A stretch of 64,000 nucleotides of DNA from the human T2T-CHM13v2.0 reference genome, Homo sapiens: NCBI RefSeq assembly GCF_009914755.1, contig NC_060931.1; one strand, 5' to 3'. Below the pieces are notes generated by a model. It worked only from the letters and a program-made list of their open reading frames with translations, had not been told where the DNA came from and searched no databases. A program made the translations under genes and the position numbers. Below, in pieces: positions 54,380 through 64,000 of the stretch (position 1 is its first letter; the number at the start of each line of letters is the position of its first letter).

Positions 54380-54830
54380 CATGGCTTAGTTTAGTTTCCC
54401 TGGTTAGCAGAGCCTGAGATAAGGACTTGGCACCAAGTAGTTTTGGGAATGTGATCCCATGAAGCAGAAGTTAAGGAGCAGGAAAACAAACAGGAAGAAG
54501 GAAATGTTGATGGAGAGATAGATGTGTTATTAAAGTTGCCATTGTAAGCAATGGGGTTCAATTCCGCCAGGATCTCTGAGAAAGATCCAGAATGCCCCTG
54601 GAATTGCCCACCTGGAAGACAGGAGTCTGAGGTATTTCACTATCTCCTTTGGGAAGGAAGACATTAACTCCTCTCTGCTTTGAGCTGTGCTTGTACAGGC
54701 CTGGAGCTTATCGGATATCAGAGAACATCTTGAGCAAGAACATGGAAACACTCACCCAGCATCTCTCCCTCTAGCTGCAATCAGAGGTAGGCCAAGGGCA
54801 TGTGATGTGGGCACTGGAGCCCGTGTTATA
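54380..54830. mobile_element. ERVL-type LTR (LTR16-like)
   Basis: gcagagcctgagataaggacttggcaccaagtagttttgggaatgtgatccc. Confidence 0.55.
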
Positions 54831-56719
54831 GATTTGTCTGGGAAGACTAGATATTGTCTTCATTGCTGAATTCACAGGGAAGATTCCTGTTAGGAACACA
54901 GCATGCTCAACTGTGTTCAAATTTGTGAATTTTAGAATACACAAAACTGCTATTAAAAACAACTCTGTCTAGAAGGCAACTCCAGAAGGTTGTTACTATT
55001 TAGTAAAGACTTACTGCATAAGCCTATCTTTCACATGATTTACAGAATGCAGCTATGCATGTAACTTCTTTTTGGCGTCATGGAATTGCATTAGACATCA
55101 AATGAGTGATATAGAAGCAACTTAGGGGGAGGACTGTTGAGTCGGTAGGGTTGGAGCCCCCTCAGCCTCTGTTTGCAAGAGTTGATGGGCCTGAGTGGAA
55201 GTAAACTTCAGGAAAGCCAGAAACAGGGGCGGAGACGTCCAAGCCAGGTTTGCTGCTTCTGGGGGGACTTATGTCGAGTTCTGTAAAGAGGGACTAGAGG
55301 CTGAGACTGGTGGAGCTGTTTCTGGGAGGGAATGTGGGGCGAGGGGCATGGACAAAGTCGCCCTTGTGCCCGGGTGCTGCATGGAGAGGAGCATGCTTCT
55401 GCTTCCTCAAGGGCCACAGGGCCACACTAGCTCCTTAAAAGTTAGGAAAAATCAGGAAATTGATCCTGGAAACAGACCTTCAAGTTCTCATAGACGACAT
55501 GGCTAGGAGGGCATCATCTTCAAGTGCCTTTGCAGGTAGCAGTTACAAAGGAGCAGACCGAAGAGAACATGGCGGGTGCTGCAGTGTAACTCTGGAGTGA
55601 TCTGACAACTGGCTACGGGAGCACATTAGGGTGACCCCCTGCAGACTCCCCAAAATAATTGAATCAGACTTTACAGGGTGTTGCATAAGTAGATGGAATC
55701 AATGCCATTGAAATTAGTGTTCACGTAGATACTGTGAATCTCGCTTCTTTCCACGTAAGAGTAAGGCCTAGGAGATACGGGTTACAAATAAATCATGATA
55801 GAACCAGAAGCGCACCTCATTGGGCCTGGTGGCTCAGGGCCCTTAACCTGTATCGTAAAGCCTCTGTGGCATGTGTTTATAACACTATCACAATAGTGTC
55901 TAGCTTGTGATCATATCCTCCTAAAATGTGGAGTATTATTACGGATTACACTGTGGAGGTTAGAAACCCCTCAAATGTGACACATAATTATGGAAAGAGC
56001 CAGTCCTATTGCTCTCACCCACCCTTTGTTGGCTGGCTTATCTCTGTGTGGGTATTGATCACTGCTGGGAGAAAGGTTGTATATTCAACCCCTCTGCCAA
56101 AGCAAGGAGATTTATCTGAGTACAAGTAATGGAAGGTGACAAGAAGAGGGAAAATATGGCCAGGAATCAGCTACATTTGATGAGACAGTGATGTCTGGAG
56201 GAGTCGGTGACAAAAAAAGAGGAAAATCAGAGCACTGTCACTCTGCAGAGCACGGCCAGCAGCACCTGCAGGTGATGTATGATGATACAGGCCCCCGTGT
56301 GCTACCTTCCTAAACTGGGCTATGTCAGCCTCTCATGAACAAGCAGATTTATTGTATTGTCACTGCTGCATCAACGAGCAAGGAAGTTGTAAGGATTGTG
56401 GGTAATAGAGTTTTATTTTTTTCTGGTTAAAGCCAACAGCCTACCTCCTTTGTCTCAGCAAGCAGGGGACTCACAGACAGAACAAATTGGAGTTTATACA
56501 TACACTGATTATATTCCTATCCTTCCATGTTTTGTTATCATATGTTTTTGATTTTTGTTGTTACAAAAATAATGAAAATAACACAAATTATAGTAATATA
56601 TAATATGTGAAGAATAAGCTTTATCTTCTGTGTTTCCTGCTGTTCCTATATTTTTACAAATTATCTATGATTACTTATATTTTTAGTTATTGTGAGCTAA
56701 TAATAAAATACACCTGGGG

Positions 56720-57110
56720 AGAGAGTTTGTCAAGGTGCAGAGGGGAGTGTTTGTATACTCTTGGTGGCAAAGTCATTTGGTGCATTGTTTTAGGAGACAG
56801 TTTGGAAATATGTAGTTGAATTTAAAATGTGAACTCCCTTTGATCATGCAATTTCACTACTAGGAAAACTCTTCTACTGATATGCTTGTATAAACATGCA
56901 AAGGTAGATAGAAGGATGATCACAAAAGTGCCCTTTAGAAATGAGAAATTGAAAACAAACTAAACATTGGTCAGTAAAAGAATTGATTAAATAAATTATA
57001 GTGCAACTTCACGATGAAATATTACTCAGTATTAAAACAAGTAGTGTGCATTGAAAAAAGCAAGCCCTAGAACAGTTTGTGGTGTATAATTCCATTTTAA
57101 AATATATATA
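56720..57110 (+). mobile_element. L1ME fragment
   Basis: ccctttgatcatgcaatttcactactaggaa...gaaattgaaaacaaactaaac...gattaaataaattatag. Confidence 0.6.
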
Positions 57111-57124
57111 CATGTGTGGATCCC

Positions 57125-57246
57125 AGTAATGAGCACCTGCAGTCCCAGCTACTCGGGAGGCTGAGACGAGAGGATCCCTTGAGCCCAGGCATTCGAATCC
57201 AGCCTTGTCAACATAGTAAGGCCCTGTCTCTAAAGAAGAACAAAAC
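57125..57246 (+). mobile_element. FLAM (Alu monomer)
   Basis: gtcccagctactcgggaggctgag...ttgagcccaggcattcg...aacatagtaaggccctgtctct. Confidence 0.85.

Positions 57247-57248
<2 letters not shown>

Positions 57249-57293
<45 letters not shown>
57249..57293. repeat. (CA)n microsatellite
   Basis: ~22 CA units following the FLAM tail. Confidence 0.97.
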
Positions 57294-57295
<2 letters not shown>

Positions 57296-59261
57296 ATGTA
57301 TGTGTATATTATTATATATACCTGTGACATTTCTGGAAAGGAATAAAAAGTTGGAACTATCACTCTGGAAAATGTAACTGAGGGGTGGTTGTAGAGGCGA
57401 AAATTAGATACTATTGTACAAGGTGAAAACATAGTACCAGCATCTTTTACTTATGTAAATTTTAAACACTCAAAAATAAAAAGCGAAAGGGACTATAATT
57501 ATCTTTCAGGATTTGTTTTGAACACAGACTGCCTCAAGATAGGTAGGTGACCCAAATGACTAACTGAGGAACATCCTTTCATGTGATCTTATCCCCACTG
57601 AGTAGGTGTTTCCTTTCTTCTTTTTACATTCAGTATAATTTTCAGCAACTGCAAAATATGTCAAGAAGGGGGAGAAGTAAATTGAGTAAAAATGGTTGTA
57701 TGGAATTAGAAGAAAACACCTATAAATGGTAGGGAAAAAAGCCTTGTTGACAGTCATCAACCAAGAGGAGTGTACCATCTACTTTGAAATTTTTTCATTT
57801 TATTTTAAATTAAAAAAAATTTTTTGAATGGCTGGAGTTCTAGCAGCCAACTCGCTACTCTTGACTGCCTTTTCTGACTATTTTTGTCTGAAGCTACTGA
57901 CAATGCTATTTTGACTGAACTCATGGTCATTTCAACCACATTTAATTCTCAAGAAGTAGAAGTTCTTGTTAATATTCTTTCCCATGTATAGCTGTTGCTG
58001 ATGTTCTCGCAGGTGAGGGGGAGCCAAATTGTTTAGAAAGAACAGTATCTCCAGTTCTTGGAAGGATTTTGAGCTGAGAGACCACCAGAGATGTCACCAC
58101 TGTTTGATGTTACTTGCAAAAAAAAAAAAAAAACAAATTCTTTTCAAGAAGCCTATACATAACTGGTTAAAGTGAACTTTTTGATTGAATGAACACTTTA
58201 TTAAATTGACTACTTCGCTGGTATTGTGAAGTATTTTCTATGTGTTAGGTCCTGCTAGACACTGGGGGTATAAAGATAAAAGTACGTATTCTTATGAACT
58301 TTACAATATAGTTGGAGAAGTAAAGACATGATCCACAAATTACAATATAACATGTTAATTGCAAGGAAGTGAGTGGGTACAAGCTGTAGTCAGCAGGAAA
58401 CACACACGCTGATATTTATAACTGAAAAACACACGGTCACTTTAGCTTATTAATTAGGCTGGAAAGAATCTACTATGTAGAAACCATCCTAAGCATTTTC
58501 TAAGAGGAGCTATACGTTGTTGTAAAATCAAAACCTAATGGTGGGGATGGTGATCCTGGAGGGGAAAAAAAAACATAGAATGTCATGACTGTCCATTTAT
58601 GACACTCATCCTGTTTTCATTCTTGGAAGGTCCTCTTTTTCTCCAGATAATGTTGCTATTAAAAACTCAGTGTCCTTTTGTGTAGTTTTACAACTTAGGT
58701 AATTGAGAAATATTTTCCTTCTGAATTTTGCACAAGAAACAGACAATTAGATTTGCACTGCTTGCAAAAACTTAGGAAATTTTGAGGCAAAAGTAGTAGT
58801 TATTAATGAATAAACAAGAGAGCTTTTGACATCATTAAAGACCACTAGATTCCTCCTTCCTGTTTTAAAGCCTTCCACACTTCTCAGTTCCATTTACTTT
58901 TAATTATATGATTATGAATAAATCACATAAAAATAATAGATCTGGGTACATTAATTATGTATTGAAAGACAAGTAGATCCAACAGATTAAACAGAATAGA
59001 ATAAGTGTGTGTATTTAGTGATTTTTGTTTGGCTGTCTGCTCTAACAAGCACCACCCAAATTTACTGTTGTGTGCAGAAAAAAGAGAGAAAAAGGAATGT
59101 GACAGGTAATTCTAGGACTGTGTTGAACTGAAAAAAAATTACATAATTAAATAGCTCCAAGGTGTACTGTATAACAGTTCTTATTAGTTCTCTAGTTTGA
59201 TATTTGGGGCCCTTCGGAATGAATGTGTTCTAGCTTTCTAGAAGGCTTTGGAGTTAGCCTT

Positions 59262-59293
59262 GCGCCATCTGCTGGATCATGTTAGTATTTGCA
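59262..59293 (-). promoter_or_regulatory. CTCF motif with upstream module
   Basis: Minus strand reads TGCAAATAC-taacatgat-CCAGCAGATGGCGC; core matches CCASYAGRKGGCRS. Confidence 0.7.
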
Positions 59294-61519
59294 TCTGCAC
59301 TAGAATGGGGTGTTGGAAAGACATTCAGATTCACATTTTAATGTCTTTTGCTACTAGCCATGGCAGAGGATCCCCCACCATTTTTTTTCCAGCTTATAGC
59401 ATTTTCCTCTGAATGTGCTTTATCTTCTCTCTGTCTTTGCTGCCAGGAAGATGCACCTAATTAAGCAAATTCCATTTGTTTTTCAGATACGGTGTGTCTA
59501 AAATATGGCCTCTGCAAACAAATGAGATGTAGAGGACAGTGGGCGGGTGCACAGATCTGAGCCTCCTCCCATGTGCTTGCTTGGATGCTTATGTCTGTAG
59601 GCAGGGGACAAAAAACATAGTCAGATAAGCTGAACTACTAATGTCTTATTTTATTCTTTCTGTTTTTATAAAACATCTTGTAAATAAAGGTGTCCTCATT
59701 AGGTTTTATTCGGTAAATGAACTTTGTCTGATATAAGAAACAGGGAAATGTTCTGGTAAAGAAAAAAGGAATTGCTAAAACAATGAACATTTAAATTATT
59801 AGGTTTACAGAAAGATCAACACTTGAAATTATGACTGATAATTTCTTATTATTCTCTGATAACTAGACTGCTTTTGAAAACAAATCATTGGCTAAACATT
59901 TCATGAAATTCTCTCAAGGACTGGGATGAATTCCAAGATGGCTTCATTGTTATATGTAAACAAAGGCAAATAAGCAAAGCTGCAGAAAAATGCCCAGAGG
60001 ACATTTTCTCACTGGATAAACACATGAGGTCTTACTGGTCATGGGTTAACTACTTCACATATTTTAGATCTTTAAATTGCTGGAGCACTCACATGGGAAA
60101 CAAGTATAGCCACTGTTTTTATGATGAAGATTTTGCCATAATTTCTTTGTTTATCCTTTTGTCATTTTGTGTGCATTGTGGTACTCGTGGATGAGTGTTA
60201 TTGGTATTTCTAACTGCACTGTAAGTCTAAAAAACTGCAGTATTCCCCATTTGACTCACCAGTCCCCATTTAACAAGTTAGGAAAAGAAATGAATTTGAG
60301 ACACTGAGTTCCTGTCTTACAAATTGTGGGATCTCATGGAAAATACCAAGTCAGACAGCAAGTTAGCATTTTACGCTTTTAGGATAATAGGTCAGCAGGA
60401 ATGCAGCACAGGAGAAGGTGCAAAGGTCCAGAGACTAGGGACATAAGGATCTGACAGCTTGCTGCAGTCTTGTTATGCAAGATCAGCTGTTCAAGAGCAA
60501 ATCTGTTAAATCTCACATTTACTTCTTGTCTGACACTGGGGTTGGCCACTCAGCAGATGCAGATGACAAGAGGAAGGCAACTGTAACAAAACAGAGCCTT
60601 GCATGTCAGGGAAACTTCTGTCATGGCCCGTTTTCATTTAACCTCAGCACTGAGTCCCATTAGAGGAGCCCTCTAAACACCTCTCTGAGCTGCTTTGATC
60701 TGAAAAGACTGAGTTTCATGAAACTTGGGGAAGAAATAGAAAGTATGTATATGAATAACTATGGGTGAAAAGTCTTGGATGAGGCCACTTTCAGAAGACA
60801 TTTGTTATTTCAAGAGTGTTTGATTTAAATAGGAGAGTAATAGAATAGAATAATAGCGATATAAGTATATAGGAAGTAAACTCCATCATTACTAAGTAAA
60901 CAGCTGCCATCAGCAACTTTTCTATATAGTCACAGCACCTTTGAGGGCTCTCTTTGCAGCAACAAATGATAGGAATGGAAATTGGTCCCTTCCTTCACCA
61001 TATATGTACAGGTGATCCTTATTATTTGCGGATTCTGTGAATGTTGCGTATTTGCGACTGTTGGGGAACATGGAAATCTACAGTTTAAACGAAGTTCCTA
61101 GATGATTCCTACATTATAACATTTGCAAACATAATTGTAGGCTCCAAAAACAGAAGCTTAGTCATTGACAAGCTGTGGTCACATGGGAAGCTCAGTACAG
61201 CCTTCTTTGTCTTCCCCTACCCCTCACTCCAATGGTAGATACTTATAATGTCTGGAACTTGGTGGGTTTATGGACCTTTGAGGCAAAAAGCAGACAAAAC
61301 ACTGGTGAGTTCTCTTCTTAGGAGTTGTTATGGGTATCCTAGATCTTGTCTTTGGGAAGGCCTAGAAAGTCAGAGATCTGAAGCAGACAGAGTAAAGTCA
61401 CTGACAGCTCCAGTCCCCTCTACCCGATTTGAGATCATGGTCTTTATGCCTCCACAGCTCTGCTTCATGAAGACAGATGGGGAACAACCCCAGTGCATTC
61501 AGTTCAACCATCACCCTGT

Positions 61520-61985
61520 GCCTGGCCCTTCCAGATGTACCCTCAATCCTTTACCTCTAGCCTTCTCTTCCACCACTCTCCTCTCACTTACTTTGCTCCA
61601 GCTCGACAGGCCTGCTAATTGGTCCATGAACACAGCGCACTCATTCCTGCCACAGGGCCTTTGCACTTAAACTTCCCTGGGACTTCACATGCCTGGTGAG
61701 ACTCTCACTTGGTTTAGCTCTGTGCTCATATGTTACCACTCAAGAGGCCTTTCCTGAATGCTCTGTCACTCTTCCTGTTACACTGTTTTATCCTTTTTTT
61801 TCCTATCTCTCACTAATATTACATGGTTATTTTAAAATGTCTTTCTTCCCCACCACCCTTCTCTTCAGAATGTAAACTTCATGAGGAAACTGTCTTGTTC
61901 AACTCTTTATTCTTTACCTGCTCCAAAAAATGCTTGGCATATGGTAAATCCTTAATAAAATAACAGACTGACCGAATAAATATTT
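61520..61985 (+). mobile_element. L2 3' end
   Basis: cattcctgccacagggcctttgcactt...agaatgtaaacttcatgagg...tgcttggcatatggtaaatccttaataaa. Confidence 0.75.
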
Positions 61986-62469
61986 GTCCATAAAGTGTTC
62001 TTTGGAAATCCCTTGGCCCATTATCATTCCTGTTCACCTAGTTAAAGGAATCCGGAATTTGATTAAACAAATCAGTTTATGTTGCACTAACACGTGTTCA
62101 CGTTTAGAACACATTATATTTAAAATTAATAGAAAGATACTAACAGAAAATAAAGACAGTGCAGGGCACATCTGTGAATGCCTCCAGGGAAAACATCCTG
62201 TTACAGAGGGTCTTGTAGAATGTAGAGTAACTCCATATATACATTTGGGGGTTCTGTAAATGGTCACAGGGCACCAGGAAGCAGGAACAACATGAATAAA
62301 AGCAGTATGTTTTAGGAAACTGGGAGTAACTTCAGGTGATGAGAGATAAGGACACCTGGGGAGAAGTGGCAAGAGATGAAGGTCCAAAGACAGAGGAAAG
62401 TTAAGAATAGTTTTGCCTAGTGTGCAAAGTACTCTACTCAATTTAATTTTGAAGAAATGAAAAAAAATC

Positions 62470-62780
62470 AAAAGTTTTTAAATGCAATCATGACTGTGTT
62501 TTAGAGTGATAGTGGCGGCAGTGGGTGGTAATGGATCAGAACAATTATGTTAGAATTAGCGAGGAGAGTTAGGAAGCATCGCGGAAATACACACAGAGTA
62601 CGGGGCTGGTAGCAATGAAGGAGGAGAGGGAGAAATCATGCTGAAGCGGAATCAGTAGGATTTGGAGATAGTTTGGATGTGAAAAAGAATGGTCGTAAGC
62701 ATCCCATTCAATAGTTGTTCTTTCCTTTGGGTATGAGATGAGTGGAGTGCCCTACCAAACAAGGAAATGCTTCAGAATCA
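62470..62780 (-). mobile_element. L2 fragment
   Basis: gaggagagttaggaagcatc...gaatcagtaggatttggagatagtttggatgtg. Confidence 0.5.
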
Positions 62781-63046
62781 CCAAAGAAGGAGGAAACCAC
62801 AGTTTTTAGTCTTGAAGAGTAAATAGTGGAACTAAAGAAAACCAATTGTTAACATATCAGGGCCAAAGATATAGAACATATGATTATTCAGGTACCTGAT
62901 AGTTTCTCTGGAACAGATCCATGATAACATGTGTATTGAGCAGAGATTTATAGGAAAATGTCAGATGATAATTAATTTGAATGCAATAAGAAAGATTTGA
63001 AACCAATAACAGCTAACAGGAAAAGCTGATTTAAAATATGCATTTA

Positions 63047-63124
63047 AAATGAGCTGGGCATGGTGGCGCACACCACTTGCACTCCGGCCTAATGACAGAG
63101 TGAGACTCCGTCTCAAAAAAAAAA
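63047..63124 (+). mobile_element. Internally deleted Alu right arm
   Basis: gagctgggcatggtggcgcacacc joined to acttgcactccggcct...gagactccgtctc-A11; TSD atgcattta at 63038 and 63125. Confidence 0.85.
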
Positions 63125-64000
63125 ATGCATTTATGTTATAACAAAAGTACCTTAGAGAAAGAAATATGCACTTATACCAATTAACAATATACTCCCATTC
63201 CACTTTCATTAAGTTAATTATTGTTAGGAGTACCTCTGCTGATCTAGCCAGAGTTTTATAGCTTCTTCCTTACGCACTCAGGTGTAGCAATAGAACTGAG
63301 CATTCAATTCTAGGTACTTAAAAAATAAAAAAGGAATAGAGACTTATTTGGTAAATAGTGGCAGCTACTGCCTGCCTTCACTCCCTGTCCCATGGCCAGA
63401 CACTCTGCATTCAAGGCAGTTTCCACTGGAATGAATGAGGCTGGCAAAGGATGCAGGCTTAAAAGTACCTCCTTGACTGAGACTCAACAGCAGTAGGTGC
63501 CAAGGATCCTGTTCATGAGGGAAAGGGCGGGGCATAGAGGAGCAGAGCTGGGTTTCTGGACACATGTATATAGTATGTTAATTGCAATAAATTCAGTCTT
63601 CAATCTTCTAAAATGCTCACCTTCTCAGCTTCTGAATATCAGACATGTGGGTTTATTCAGTCTTAAGAGCTACTCAGAGAAAAGAAGATTCAACTGATTT
63701 ATCTTGTTGAGGAGGACAAAGAGTTAGGTACCTTGTGCTCACCATTTTTTTATGGCTAGGTTGTGCTCATTGTTCCAAACTATCTGAGCTTCACCATACA
63801 TTTTTAAACAAAAATAAACTCAATATCCAGAACAAAATATGTTTAATATGACCTTCCCGTGCCTTTTGTATCTTTCATGGTGAGGTAATTGCATCAATTC
63901 TTTTAGAAAATTCTTCTCCATAATTAGGCGGATTCCAACTTTCCTTTTCTCACTTTCCCAGTGGAGATCACCAACAATAAAATCTCGAGAACCTCCCTGT

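Noticed and set aside
56263-56274. 12-bp palindrome CACCTGCAGGTG (double E-box)
   Set aside because: Short palindromes of this length are expected by chance in 64 kb; no other support.
61007-61135. Tigger/MER6-like TIR followed by a MER5-like piece
   Set aside because: Too short and diverged to call without alignment.
61248-62471. 140-aa (+) and 145-aa (-) ORFs
   Set aside because: No recognisable domain, partial L2 overlap for the first, no promoter or poly(A) support; lengths within chance range.

Overview
Human-type genomic DNA: AT-rich, CpG-poor, no CpG island, and it carries an AluYb8 element, a human-specific subfamily. The first ~16.2 kb looks like intron and terminal exon of a + strand gene I cannot name. 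The terminal exon starts at 16022 (EDENEAERKNISQELNMEQKNPKK*, AATAAA at 16203), with two candidate cassette exons at 10469-10536 and 10852-10997. The rest is repeat-rich, apparently intergenic DNA: about 20 Alu/FLAM copies, old L1/L2/MIR, MaLR LTRs, a nested LTR cluster (32.0-33.9 kb), a 1.2-kb (TA)-rich expansion inside an L1 and a ~300-bp (CCTT)n tract. A two-LTR MER61-like ERV1 provirus (38863-44732, CTAG TSD) carries, exactly at its 5'LTR/PBS junction, a TSD-flanked polyadenylated chimeric insert. A strong CTCF motif lies at 59262-59293. Apart from the env-tail remnant and decayed L1 ORF2 pieces, the supplied ORFs look like repeat-derived or random frames. I see no convincing new protein-coding system; the best leads are structural or regulatory. 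Repeat subfamily names come from recalled consensus sequences, not from a database search.
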